From assembly GCA_964106645.2 (NCBI GenBank), contig OZ067043.1: a stretch of DNA of 64,000 bases. One strand, 5' to 3'. This document shows positions 33,359 through 46,916 of the stretch, piece by piece (the stretch's first letter is position 1; each line of letters begins with the position of its first letter). The notes beneath the pieces are model-generated. The model was given only the letters and a program-made list of their open reading frames with translations. It did not search any database and was not told where the DNA came from. The stretch comes from Podarcis pityusensis (Eukaryota). Made by a program: the position numbers and the translations under genes.

Positions 33359-36106
33359 TACTATTACTACACTGGTTAAAGGGAAGAAAACAAGTTTTTA
33401 AAAAAGACATATGAGTAAACTATCTAGTTGAGATATCTCATTTGCCCTCACTGCAGTATTTTACTTTTCAGCCTGTGGGAGGAGAGGGGAGATTACTTAA
33501 TGAAAACTACAGATGACTAAAAGCATTGTTAATACAGAGAAGGGTCAGGAAGCTATACAGAGTGAACTAAACAATCTCAGGAACTGGGGCAGTAGAACAA
33601 AATGTACTAAGGTTATGAGAACAAAATTAACCCACGTGACCATCTCTCTGGGCTCTTTCAAATGGCAGAAAATATCTACATGATGGTGTATGTGGAAAAT
33701 GATCATGGGGAGAATGATGTTTGAACTGGGCAGGGCACATGGTGAGCGACCAGCCATAGGCTCGATTGTAGCTGCTGCTGGGAAGAATGGAAGAGCCTTC
33801 ACAGTATGTGGTATTTTTCTATCACATTCAAGGGTGCAAGATTGCATGGAGAAATTCAGAAGCGCATGCGCAAGTTTTAGCATGAACTGAAAAATATATA
33901 AGGCCCCACAGAACTAGCATATCAAATGGGTGAGCTTGGAAACTTAGTGTAGAGTTGACTGAAGGCTGAGAGTTGAGTGGGCTCTTCCTCAAGTTGTTGT
34001 GCTGGTAGGCAGATGGGCGGTAGGCAGGAAAAAACAGATACTCAGAAATTATGAGATAAACGCAGGCCCTGCTGTACCCGCAAGGGTACATGTTCTTTAT
34101 CTTGCAGTCCACCTGCTAATTGCTCTTCCGGCTAACCATTTCCTCTCCTGTTGGCTTGTGTACTGTGCAATATGCTTGCATATTGTCACCTTACCACCAT
34201 GCATCTAGGCTGCCAGGAACGTCATTCCCTATTCAGAACCCTTAAAATCACTTGCATTCTTGGGTTTGCAAACAATGTTTTCCTGCTCTTAAGAACCAGA
34301 GAATTGTATGTGTTTTGCAATGCTTTCTGTTTTAAAAATACAAGTTTCTAGCTCTTATGATTGCAGAAGAGAGGTTCAAAATGTCACAATGACTTTCAGT
34401 TCCTTTTGTTTTTCCTTCCTTTGTTGACAGTTCTCAGCTGTTTGAAAACATGAATAATGAAAAAGCATAAGTTTTGCAGAACTAACAAAATGGACGCACA
34501 CCTGTGCAACAGAACTTCGATTTTTGGTAGGCAGAAGAAAACCTTAAAAACAGCACATAAGTTGAATTGGATACTTGCTACTATAATTTCATTTGCACTG
34601 TTGTTGGAAATGAATTGACCGTGGCTCCTAGCCTGCCTGTGTGCTTGCCCGCTCCACTTTAGAGGCATGGGGTATGTGTAGGTTTTTCTGGCAAAAAAGG
34701 TGTAACCTTACCCTCACTAGTTTTCTCTGTGCACTATAGATAGATTCTTTGAATGAAACCATGCCTTCCCACAACTTGCTCACACTTCTAAACTTTCTAG
34801 GTTTGTAGTGTTGTGGAAAACCAGACACTTTCAGTCTTTCTCATATGGGAGTGGTTCATACAGGCATGTTAATCATCAGGTGGTGATTTGTGTGCGTAAA
34901 TGGATTGTCCACAGGCCCAAAACTATAGATGGAACTGTCATGTCCGTCCGTGCAGCCCTGTTCAGGGAAGTTTTTAATGTGTGACATTTTGATATATTTT
35001 TAATCTTTGTTGGAAGCCGCCCAGAGTGGCTGGCGAAACCCAGCCAGATGGGCGGGCTACAAATAATAAATTATTATTATTATTATAATGTCACCTCATT
35101 GGAATCTGTTGAAACACTCAGCTGCCAATCATCAACAGATGAGCAATTCAAATGACTTTTGCCCAGCGCATATCACAATTGCAGCATAGTTTGCCACAGA
35201 GAAAGCAAACCGCATGTTTCCTTCCTGCGTGGAAAGCAAAGGCCGGCAGAAGCCATTGGGGATGGGTTGAGTTTATCTATCAGATCAGTCAAACTCAAAA
35301 CTCTGTTGGATCCCTTTCACACAAACGTCTCACATGGAAAGGCACATCACGGGGTATGCCTTCTTAGCAGAAGCTGAGTTTTCAGTGTAGGATGCAAAGA
35401 AAGTCATACATCAATACTACTAGATTTCATCTAGTAATGAGGCACCTTAGACCTGTTTTGACTGACAACATTCCACACTGCAAGCACAATCCATGTAAAA
35501 TAAATTATTTCACACTTCCCAATGAAACCTGGAAACCACAGACAGGAAGCTAGACAGCTTTCATAGAGAATCGTCAGTTCCCTTGCAAAAATTGCAGGTT
35601 GTGAAGTGTGCTGTAACTTAACAGCGGTGGTGACAGATGTGCCCAAAATAATGAAATATAGGATTTTATCCCTGGGTATCAATTTTTAACTTGATCTATT
35701 TTCATTTTATTTTCATCTCACTTGTTATATGTTGCATCCCAGCGATGTGGGCTTTTCCAGATTTTTTTGTGTTGGAAAAAATTCTGGAATTGAGGTAATT
35801 GGCATGGGGGGGGGGGAGGAATCAGTGGCACCAGAAAATCTTATACGAGTGATCTGGTTTTTCATGTTTACATTTACTTGCATTTAGTAAACAAAGCTAA
35901 AAACTCTCAAACTGCCAAGCTTGCCTAACAGTTATTTGCAGTTGGCCTCCTTTCATTCTTGCTGATGGAGATATGCAATGGAAGATTTTCAGTGGGAAAA
36001 GAAAACACTGAAAATATTTCCACCCCACGTCACTGTTGCAGTCCTATTTGAAATACAAAAAACGTATTCATAAAATAATGGAGATTTTGCCTTTTGTGTT
36101 TTCAAG

Positions 36107-36355
36107 GAACATCCCATTATGGTGGCTACTCCCATGATGCTGTGGTGTATGCACTTCAGAAATGTGGCATTCGTCATATTGACACGGCAAAGAGATATGG
36201 CTGTGAATCGCTCCTGCAGGAGGCCATCAAGGAAAGTGGTGTAAAACGGGAGGATCTCTGGATAACTACCAAGCTCTGGCATACAGACTATGGCTACGAG
36301 AACGCTAAACAAGCCTGCTTAGAGTCCTGCAAGAGACTTGGTGTTGAGTATCTAG
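36107..36355 (+). CDS. Aldo-keto reductase exon 2 (249 nt)
   Basis: GTSHYGGYSHDAVVYALQKCGIRHIDTAKRYGCESLLQEAIKESGVKREDLWITTKLWHTDYGYENAKQACLESCKRLGVEYL(D), with catalytic Asp/Tyr (DTAxxY) and Lys (ITTKLW). Acceptor ttttcaag, donor GTATGG. Confidence 0.96.
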
Positions 36356-36639
36356 GTATGGCATTTCTCCCCCTAATTCTCTTTGCAGTATCCTGTTAGG
36401 AAATCTGGATTAATATTTAGCACGTGCATTGCTTGCCCAGCTGGTGTCCTTGCAGCAAAATGCTTTTACCAAACCTCTTATATTAAACTTAGGCTTTTCA
36501 TCATGGAGATGTTTCTTAGTCATGGAAAAGAGCTTAGGAGTGGGCTGTGGGATCATGCGCTGGTTCTTCACAGCCTCTCAAAGCTAATTCTTCATGTGTC
36601 CCTTAACTGTAAATATGCTTGAGAAGCATTAGTGATAGG

Positions 36640-36774
36640 CAGTGCTATTTTTCTAGGAAAAGAGGTGCTGAAACTCACCGTGAACGCCTTCCTTGCTCTC
36701 TTAGAATGGCAGTGGTGCCCACCTGAGAGGTGCCAGAATGGTGTTCCAGTGAGTTCCAGCTGAAAAAAGCCCTG
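36640..36774. mobile_element. hAT MITE (second copy ~7873-8000)
   Basis: CAGTGCTATTTT / AAAAAAGCCCTG ends; 8-bp TSD gtgat(a/g)gg. Confidence 0.78.
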
Positions 36775-38805
36775 GTGATGGGTAAGACTAACCTGATTCC
36801 CACCTTAACCAGCTCTTGAAGACAGCTAAGTGGGGAACCCGCTTAGCCTTAACCATTGTTGACATCAATGGTTGAGGCAGAAGGGAAGAATTCAGTCTGG
36901 AGGAATGTGTGTTGTGTGTCCAGTACCCAATCCCTTTACCATGGTTAAGATATTGCCCCGGTTACATCAGCACTGGCTCCTAGTAAGAAAACTGGCAGTG
37001 TGTCATGACCCAGAATCCCGACACTTGTGTTTGTCTGCAATGCTGTTGCAATAGCTCTGCAGAACTAAGTTCACAATGACACAGCACCTCCTCTTGTTAC
37101 TTCCTTAAATTTTGTTGCTGCTCTTTGAACACTTGCATTTTGTTTGGGGGATTTCTTCAAAGATGCCTCATCATCTTTGGATCTGCTGCTTCAGAAGTAT
37201 TTCCATGCAAAAATATATCCCCCCCACCCCGGATGGCAGAGGTTGTTCTTGAGCCAGCTGCCCAATAGAACCTTAAGGAGCATGTGCCTTGATACCTGGT
37301 TTAAAACAGAGGCAGCCAATGTGATGTGGCTTGACTGCAACTCCCAGTGCCCCTGACTATTGGCCATACTGGCTGGAGCTGATTGGAGATGTAGTCTAGC
37401 AACATTTCTGCTTGCACTTTCCCAGTTAAGGATGAGCTGGTTTCCTCCCATCACCATTGCTTCAGGAGAAGTTAAAGATGGCCACTTAACTTGTTCATGA
37501 GTGTTTCAAAGTACAGTGTTCTTAATTACTCTGTCCAACAATTGTGACCCACCTGCCACAGTAAAACTGTTTTCTGCTGATTTGCAGTTCACATAATCAT
37601 GTCCTCCATAGTGGTTTTTATACTACAGAAACTCTTCCTCTTTCCCTCTGTGGGACTTGGTGCTGTTGCATCCCATGGTAGTTCAGAGTCATCTCGAAAT
37701 AACTTGCCTTGCCAATCTCCCATCTCGGGCAACACAAGAGGCAAAAGCTACTGAGAAATTCTCCCCAAGTCCCATTAGGATGAATAGGAGCTGCATAAAG
37801 AGATGTTTATCCTCACTCGCTGTGCAATATGAACTGTGACTTATGCACCCCAATGGCTTTGTAGATAGTGAGGGGGTGCCACCTGCCCTTAGTTTGGATG
37901 CATGAGTGAGGTGCATTAAGGCATTACTTCATGCAAGCTCAAATAAGGTGCATGATAAGTATTGAGGCACAGGGTGCCTTTAAAAAGCAGCTTCCCTCCC
38001 ACTCATATTGTAGCCCGCTTCAAGCTGGGCTGCATTTTTTAATGGGACTTGCAACTCACCTTGCTTCCTCCCTTCCTGCTAGATCCCTTCCACTCCTATT
38101 CTTATCTTGGGAAATGGAGGAGAAGTAGTTGGCAGCAGAGGACTTGAGAATGGATTAGGAGTGCCTCTGCAGGGACTCTCCTTGGCAGCACATGACACAC
38201 GGTGCGCCTGATTTCTGACTACAAACCACATGATCCTTGGCAGCCAAGGAGAGACTTCCAAGGCGGAGGACTTTCAGGGGCAATTGGAGCAGGTGGGGGT
38301 ATCTGCAGAAATTGGATTAAAAACAAACAAACAAACAAACAAACAAACAAACAAACAAACACCAAATCTCCAATCATTTGAATTGTAAGATCTCAAGAAT
38401 TCATTTGCTTACCTGTTAATTATCATAATGCACAATCTACCAGGGGATAATTCCTGAGCTAAAACGAGTGTCCACTTCAGCAAATTGGCAGCCTCCAGTT
38501 GTACATTTGTGCAGAAACCTTTTGATCTCGGTGGGGTTTGGAACTGGGATCATTTCCAAATTGTTGGTACAAAATGGCAGGCTGCACTAAGATGTCTCCT
38601 GTCTAGCATTGAGCTGCTGTGACACCTGGGCCCATGCTGACCTTTGCAGGTTTTCTCATTTCCTGATTTTGAATTTGAGTTTTTCTAAAGAACTGTGACT
38701 GCATGCAAAAGCCATCTGCAGGTTTTGTGTCCAACTCACGACCAATTACAGTGTCTTGTATTTAGCTGTGGAACAGGGCTTTAACAGATACATTCCACTC
38801 ATTAC

Positions 38806-38840
<35 letters not shown>

Positions 38841-40927
38841 ACTATGATTTTCACTTTTTCCGTATAAGAGTTATGTTCTGATGGTGAGCATCCTAACTGA
38901 ATCAATATGAAATTGCAGAAATATAAAATCTCTGGCTTTGGCTTTAGAGGCTGCATACTATGGGATTTGTTTGGAAAGTTCATTGCAGATAACTCTCCAT
39001 CACTCTGACTATGGTCAGTGCTTTGCTGAATGTATAATCTGTTTTATTCTCTCCCATGTGTGTTTTGACTCACTTTCTGGTCTTTGTTAGCAGCTTCCCT
39101 TTTACTCTGTTGGGAATTCGGATGGAATTGCAAATATTAGTTCCACTCACAAGCATGCTGGTGACTGCTAACGATGCAAAGTCAGCCTTGCATTTTGAAT
39201 GGAACTTTTTCTTCTAAGCTTTTTCGACTCCCGGGAAACGCACAACAACAGAAAATTAATGAGATGGCCATTGACTTGCAATAGCAGAATTGGCTGTATA
39301 TCAAAATACCGTATCAAAATACTGTATACATTGAGATGTGTTAGGTTATTTTGTGTTTTTGGCATTTGGTTCTGATTTGCCACCATGTAACATTAATTTG
39401 ATCACCTGTAGTGAGCAGAAGATGCGTGTCTGAATAATGTTGGCTTCCTTCTCACTTTTTGGTGCATAGCTGCTGTGTTGGGCTAAAAGCTTCAGTACTT
39501 GCACAGTGAAATAGCATTTTTATTCTGCTGCATATAATACTGAGTCCAGGAAACACTTGAATCTTAAAGCTTAGTTTCAAATATATATATATATATATTA
39601 AAAAACCACCCTGAATGCTGGGGTTGAAAACATGTAGATATAATCCTTCTAAGGCTTGATTTCAGTAGGAGAGGTAAACATAATTCCTACTGGGATCAGT
39701 GGGACTTACAGTTCAATCCGATGTGCATTTACTTGGAAATAAGTTCCACTGAGTTCAGTGGATCATATTGCCACATATGCATAAGTATTGCAAAGTCGAG
39801 AATTGCTTAACTTTGTATAGAATCATGGTTTCCTTTTAAGGATTTTGGTTGGTTTGTATATTTATTTACTGTATTTTTATCCTGCTTTTCAGACAATTAT
39901 TGCTCCGCAGAGGATAACCCACCTTTCAGGCTTTCAAAAGTGGCTTGCAGTTGAAATAATACCTAAAAGGCAGCATTAAGAAGAACAAACAGAACAACAT
40001 AGTGAACCCCAAAGGGCAACAAAAACAGCATATTAACCTGCAGCAGGACTCTTTTCAAAGCCTGTTCATAGCATAAAGCAGAATTGAAATTATTATTTTG
40101 GTCAGTGGTGCTAGAGCCAATTCTCAGTTGACTTCCTGTACTCGGGTGTGCATCCCTTAGCTGTCCCTTAGCTGCTGTCAAGTCTGAACAGTAGCTGCGT
40201 GCATTTTTTTAATGTGCTCCCCTTTTATTTTAACAGTGGGTTCGCTTATATTTGAATTATTTCTAAAGAGGAGCGCGGACACAGATATCCACACCATTCA
40301 TTCTTGATGGAATGTATGCATATGTCATAATTGCTAGACATATGAGAGGGCAAAAAGTCAAGAGAAGTGGCCCCTCCTTTTTTTTTAAAGACAAAAAAAT
40401 ATATTTTTAATGCTGTTTGCTGAGGTTGCACATTAAGCCACTCCAAATGATGACTAAGCATTTGCTCACACTACTGCAGTGTCAGCAGCAGAACAGGATT
40501 CCATTCACTCCTCAGCTCAGTCCATCCATTTGTGCATGTGTCTTATTGCTATTAAAAGCATGATGGAACTCCTCCACCAGCTCTCATGTGACTAATGGGC
40601 TGTTTTTCCTGTCTGGCGGTAAAGGGGGCATTATGAACTTTGCCCATAAGAAACAATGCACTGAAAATCTCTGGTCATCTCATTTGGGCCTCTGTGATCA
40701 CGTGGGTAGAGGACTAGATTTGGACCTTGAGTTCACCTGTAAATTGGGTAGGTGGCTTTGGTCAACCCTCAGACCTTCACCAGTGAAAAGAGAAAAATAA
40801 TAACGATTTGCTCATAGCTGTTAGGGTGAGCAAGGTGTAAGACTTGTTAAACACTCTCCTATTTATTAATTTGAAAAGCCAGTTCCCGACATTCCATAAC
40901 ACGCTCCTGATGTTTCGCCATGCATTA

Positions 40928-41960
40928 GAATCATAGAATCATAGAGTTGTAAGAGACCACAAGGGCCATCGAGTCCAACCCCCTGCCAAGCAGGAAACAC
41001 CATCAGAGCACTCCTGACATATGGTTGTCAAGTCTCTGTTTAAAGACCTCCAAAGAAGGAGACTCCACCACACTCCTTGGCAGCAAATTCCACTGTCGAA
41101 CAGCTCTTACTGTCAGGAAGTTCTTCCTAATGTTTAGGTGGAATCTTCTTTCTTGTAGTTTGGATCCATTGCTCCGTGTCCGCTTCTCTGGAGCAGCAGA
41201 AAACAACCTTTCTCCCTCCTCTATGTGACATCCTTTTATATATTTGAACATGGCTATCATATCACCCCTTAACCCTTAACCTCCTCTTCTCCAGGCTAAA
41301 CATGCCCAGCTCCCTTAGCCGTTCCTCATAAGGCATCGTTTCCAGGCCTTTGACCATTTTGGTTGCCCTCCTCTGGACACGTTCCAGTTTGTCAGTGTCC
41401 TTCTTGAACTGTGGTGCCCAGAACTGGACACAGTACTCCAGGTGAGGTCTGACCAGAGCAGAATACAGTGGCACTATTACTTCCCTTGATCTAGATTCTA
41501 TACTCCTATTGATGCAGCCCAGAATTGCATTGGCTTTTTTAGCTGCCGCGTCACACTGTTGGCTCATGTCAACTTTGTGGTCAACCAAGACTCCTAGATC
41601 CTTTTCACATGTACTGCTCTCAAGCCAGGTGTCACCCATCTTGTATTTGTGCCTCTCATTTTTTTTGCCCAAGTGCAGTACTTTACATTTCTCCCTGTTA
41701 AAATTCATCCTGTTTGTTTTTGTCCAGTTCTCTAATCTGTCAAGGTCGTTTTGAAGTGTGATCCTGTCCTCTGGGGTGTTAGCCACCCCTCCCAGTTTGG
41801 TGTCATCTGCAAATTTGATCAGGATGCCCTTGAGTCCATCATCCAAGTCGTTGATAAAGATGTTGAATAAGACCGGGCCCAAGACAGAACCCTGTGGCAC
41901 CCCACTAGTCACTCTTCTCCAGGATGAAGAGGAACCATTGATGAGCACCCTTTGGGTTCG
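40928..41960 (-). mobile_element. Young 5'-truncated CR1 LINE (RT domain to 3' end)
   Basis: [32 protein letters not shown] motifs; (ATTCTATG)n tail; TSD gcatta; a single 7-bp duplication frameshift at ~41270. Confidence 0.96.
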
Positions 41961-42837
41961 GCATTAACATGACCACGAAATAGATCCCATGATGGGGACT
42001 TTATTTATTAATTATTTCAACTGTTTGTATACTCCTTAATCACATCTGTCTCTAAGCAGTGTACAGAGTACCCAATACAATAAGATTAAAATGTGTTAAA
42101 GCTGGGTTCATGCTACAAAATGACTGCAAAACTTTGGCACCAGCTGGGAGGTTATCTTCAGTTTTGGGATTCATAGTTAATTAAGCTCCCAAGAAGATTC
42201 CCAGTTTGTTTTTTTCTGCCAGGTATTGGCAGATGGGGAGGGGGGGTTATAAGCATGTAATATGTTCATCTTGGGACATCCAAAGTTGTGTCGCTTTGTT
42301 GTATAAATACTGCACAAATTATGACAATCTCTGGTGTGCCGGTGCCTGAAAGGACTTCTAAGGAACCCAACAAACTTGATGCTTAAGATACTCTCTGTTC
42401 TGCTGAGGTGAAGAGCCTCTTTGTACAGTAATTGAGCATGTGATTTTTACTGCCAGTATACTTCCCCTCACTTGTATATATTCACCCTGCAAAATGCAAC
42501 TTGAATGTATGCACTGAAAGAACCAATGACGACCAAGATGCAGCTTGCATGCAGAATCGTGGAGGCACTGATTCGAGGAAGGATGAAAGCTCCACATATT
42601 GGAACAGGCCAGAGGTCTTGCAGTTCTCAGGGCTGCTAAGTCATTCTGCTTGGGATGTTGCAGTTTCTCAAGCTCAGCACAAAACTGCTTTTGTATACTG
42701 CTTTTTGTCTGCAGAGTGGCTGTGTCTTTGAGCAACTAGGAAACTGGGCTTACCTGCATATTAAGGCTGCTTCACTGGAACTTTTGCACTGAAATTGCAT
42801 TAAAACTAGCAGAGGTTGCACCATTTGGTGTTTTGTA

Positions 42838-43116
42838 CAGTGGTGCCTCGCAAGACGAAATTAATCCGTTCCGCGAGTCTCTTCGTCTTGCGGTTTTTTC
42901 GTCTTGCGAAGCACGGCTATTAGCGGCTTAGCGGCTATTAACGGCTTAGCGGCTTTAAGAAAAAGGAAACAAACTCGCAAGAACTCGCAAGACGTTTTGT
43001 CTTGCGAAGCAAGCCCATAGGGAAATTCGTCTTGCGGAACGACTCAAAAAACGGAAAACTCTTTCGTCTAGCGAGTTTTTCGTCTTGCGAGGCATTCGTC
43101 TTGCAGGGCACCACTG
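42838..43116. mobile_element. Tigger-like MITE (GCAAGACG-type)
   Basis: TA TSD; TIR CAGTGGTGCC(T)CGCAAGACGAA; internal cgtcttgcg repeats. Confidence 0.87.
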
Positions 43117-43264
43117 TACTAGTGGTTCACAGGTGGAGACTGCAACTCCCCAATTCAGCAGCTGATTTACTTTTTCATTGGGAGCTTTATGGTTCTTTAA
43201 AATAAGTTTGGTGTGATTTGTTCATGAAAAGCAACATTGGATTTTCTTTTTTTTTTCTTTTTAG

Positions 43265-43366
43265 ATCTTTACTTGGTGCATTGGCCTGACACGCACATCC
43301 CTGGTAAAAGCAATCGAGAAGTCAGAGCAGAGACCTGGCGAGCCATGGAAGAGTTGTATGAGAAAG
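43265..43366 (+). CDS. Aldo-keto reductase exon 3 (102 nt)
   Basis: (D)LYLVHWPDTHIPGKSNREVRAETWRAMEELYEK(G), with catalytic His in the DLYLxHWP motif. Poly-T acceptor, donor GTGGGG. Confidence 0.95.
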
Positions 43367-43489
43367 GTGGGGTGACTTTGATAGTTGCTGCTGATTTTTT
43401 TGACAGTTGCAAAAGTGCAGAGAGTGTTACTGTTGGGATATCATGACACATAGAGGGGCATTTTCACCATCTTTTCCTCTCGGGATATA

Positions 43490-43966
43490 CCGTATTTTTC
43501 GCCCCATAGGGGGCACTGCCCCATAGGACGCACCTGGGTTTTTTGGGGGGAAATAAAGGAAAAAAAATTATTTCCCCCCCCCAGGCGCGGGGCTGGCGCG
43601 GGGGAAGCCCGAGCTTCCCCCAACCCCAGCCCCCAGAACAGCCTGCTATCCGCAAGCCTAGGGAGCCCAGGCTTGCGGAGAGGTGCGCGAAGCCCGAGCA
43701 CGCTCTTCAGCGCATCCCAGGCTTCCGGAGGGCTGCGCGGAGCTGGGCGAAGCCCGGGGCTGCAGGCACCTCCGCGCAGCCGTCGGGAGCCCAGCGCGAC
43801 TTTGCGCCGGGCTCCGGATGGCTGCGCGGAGCTGCGTGAAGCCCGGAGCGACCCCTCTCGCTCTCCAGGCTTCAGCGAAAGCCTGCATTCGCCCCATAGG
43901 ACGCACACACATTTCCCCTTCATTTTTGGAGGGGGAAAAGTGCGTCCTATAGGGCAAAAAATACGG
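43490..43966. mobile_element. Tc2/pogo-like MITE with GC-rich interior
   Basis: TA TSD; CCGTATTTTTCGCCCCATAGG TIR. Confidence 0.88.
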
Positions 43967-44602
43967 TATCTTAGGGCAATCTGATGCATAGCTGTCAATG
44001 TTTTCCTTTTTTTAAGGGAAATTCCCTTATTCCGAATAGGATTCCTCGCAAGAAAAGGGAAAAGTTGACAGCTATGATCTGATGTCATTCATACCAGGCC
44101 TCGGAAGTGTCACAGAACAGTGCTCCACTCTGGAGTTTTGTTACCCTTTCCCTGCAATGCTTTTTAAACATCTGAACATTTAGCAATCCTGATGTACTTT
44201 GCTCCTTTCTTGGTCCAGTGAAGAAGAGGCCTAAAGATGGTCTTTTCAGAATAGGCCTCTATAAGATGGGGATGGTGGGAAAGAGAAGCAGCGTCGCTGT
44301 CCGGAGCTCTCTGGAAATGTCCAGTGGGGAGAAGGAGTGGGAAGAGATTGGGGATCGGAGGTGTCTGACGTGGGACAGGCCCAGCACAGAGGGAAGTCGT
44401 GAGCAGGACCCATGGAAGGACTCTGACCCTGGAGTGGGACACAGCAGATTGGGAGGTGGTGACCTAGAGCCGAGGGGAAGGACCAAGTGGGTTATCAAGA
44501 GAACAGCCCACCTCCGTGTCATTGGGTACCCCAAGTCTAGAGCCATAAATAAATCATAACACAGTGTAATATGTAATTTGTTGTTGTTCATCTGAGGTTG
44601 TA

Positions 44603-44828
44603 CAGTGGTACCTCGGGTTACATATGCTTCAGGTTACACACTCCGCTAACCCAGAAATAGTGCTTCAGGTTAAGAATTTAGCTTCAGGATAAGAACAGAA
44701 ATCGTGCTCCGGCTGCGCGGCGGCAGCAGGAGGCCCCATTAGCTAAAGTGGTGCTTCAGGTTAAGAACAGTTTCAGGTTAAGAACGGACCTCCGGAACGC
44801 ATTAAGTACTTAACCTGAGGTACCACTG
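44603..44828. mobile_element. Tigger-like MITE, GGTTAAGAAC-type; a Tc1-like terminal remnant follows (~44832-44935)
   Basis: TA TSD and CAGTGGTACCTC TIR; the adjacent gagggtgttctttctttttcctatgactg-TA resembles a Tc1 end. Confidence 0.85.
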
Positions 44829-46916
44829 TATTTACCTAATTTTAAGACCTGCCAAGGAACAGAGGTTTGTTATTATGTCTTCATATGTAAAAACACAGAA
44901 TTCAAAGAGGGTGTTCTTTCTTTTTCCTATGACTGTAATCGGGGAGAGGAGGGACAACCTCAAGAAACGTTTTCCTAAACACCAGAGTCTTGTCGTTGTT
45001 TTCAAATGGAATTGAATGCCAAAAAAAGGCTAGGCCGCTGAACTGAAGTAGCTTTGTGTCATGGCATCAAACCGAAGTACTCTTGTTACAGTGGGTTTGT
45101 GGGTCTGGTTGCAGATTCTCAGAGCCTTACCAATACTGTTCAAAGCTGATACTAATTGGGACCAAGGAGCGCTTGTGGTGATGGTGGGGATATTATTGGT
45201 GTAACAATTTTCTGTTGGTGGTTTGGGGCAAGGGTTTTAGTTGACTGCCTGAACGAGGAATTGAAACTTGATTCTCTCTCTCTCCCCCTCCCCCACCCCC
45301 AGGTTAATTAACTTACAAAGCATCTCTTTGGGAGATTTTTGAACTGAATCTCTCCCTCCCCCCCAAACTCGTGCCCCTCTTCTCTACTGTTTCCTTCATC
45401 ATGTGCATTAATTTAACTTGGCTGTTTATCTGCACCTAGGCCGAGCGAAATGTCAGGAATTAAAACTGTATGTTAGGCACATCCTCGATTTATCACCCCT
45501 GCATGAAACTTCATTACAGAACCTATGGATGCCGAACACAATTTCCACCCTAAGCGACATTATTTAAATTAACGTCACGTAAATCTCATTGCAATTAAAG
45601 TAGCCTTTCTGTCCTGAGTCTTTTGTTATCTGCTCCATCGGCTCCTGCATCCCACAAATCACCCCTTTTCTGCCTCAAGCAATGCAGAAATTTTGAACCT
45701 CTGGCCATGTGTTTCTGAAGTGATATGCAAATGTTAATAAATTTGGAGGTTTATAGGCAGTACCCCATGAGGGAAGAAATGATTAAATAATTTGCTTGCA
45801 TGGTTAACCACTAAAGTTTCAGTTGACACTCAGATAATGCTTAATCATCCCTTTTGACTTATGGTCCTGGCCTGGAGTTTAGAAGCAGTTTTTTTAAATA
45901 GGATTGTTCCTTCTAATTGTTCACTTATTTTCCTCATCTGAGTGCTTGTGTAGCACTATGACCAAGCTTACATTCTAAACTTACTTACACCGGAGTAAGT
46001 CCTCTTTGACTTACAGTAGAACAACTTATGCGTACAGATGCACAGGATTGTGCTGTAAGAAGATAAGCTGGGAAGAACTTATTTCAAGTCTTGCCCCAGC
46101 TGTAGACTCACTTGGTGAGCCATACTGTCCAAACAACCAACCACCTCATGCAGGCCCAGTTATATCCCTATTTTATTCAGTACCTCAAACAAGGATTCAA
46201 ACCTTTTTCACTGACCCTTTGAAAGCATACTGTAGAAGTGTGAACAATTAGCAAAATTAAAACATGTGGAGTTATTAAAAAGAACACTGGAAGAGGAGGC
46301 ATTTGATCAGGAGCAAAAATTACAAGACTGAGTGAAAGCAATGAAATGCATTTATTAAATCTGCTTGTTCCCGCTTTCTAGGTTTTTTATTTTATTTTTT
46401 AAAAAGACAGTAATAATCAACCACTATGGTTTATTACACAGTTGTTGTAGGAGTTTATTTTGATTGTCACAAAAACTGTGTTCTAAGCGTACATTGTTTT
46501 ATTTAAAGGGTTTTCCATTTGTTTATGCTTGAAAAGAATGGGGCATTCCAAGAACAGAATGAGAATGTGACTTAAGAGCCATAAAAGTTAATGGGAATGT
46601 TCTCTATAAAAGCTGCAATTCAAGCTATTTATAAGCGTCTCCCCTCGCGCCTGCCTGCTTGAGAAATTAGGGAAGATGGTCTTTGATAGCTTCTGAAGTT
46701 TTGGGATTTGTAATTTAAGCAATAGTTTAACCTTGGCGTGTAACAGCAGTGGCAGGAAGGAGGCAAACAGGGGGAGGGACTTTAACCTCCCTCCACTCTG
46801 GTGTCCTTATAGCTAAGGAGCCTTTCTTGGACCATCAAGTCTGGTGAGTGGCCCAAACATGAACTTCCCTGCCTGCCCCTCAACCTCAAAAAGGTACCAT
46901 TGGTACCTTTTGAGTA

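Noticed and set aside
28204-33650. Short peptides resembling RT (QNDLDKDLETFIVWAEKTNRM ~28300-28386; IQSELNNLRNWG ~33550-33600)
   Set aside because: Probably ancient CR1 relics, too degraded to delimit; not host exons.
41264-41282. Telomere-like cccttaacccttaacc
   Set aside because: It is a 7-bp slippage duplication in the CR1 ORF, not (CCCTAA)n.
43441-44088. Long GC-rich ORFs and apparent CpG islands at 24.4-24.95 kb and 43.5-43.97 kb as alternative promoters or exons
   Set aside because: They lie inside TA-flanked Tc2-like MITEs; the ORFs reflect stop-poor GC-rich sequence.
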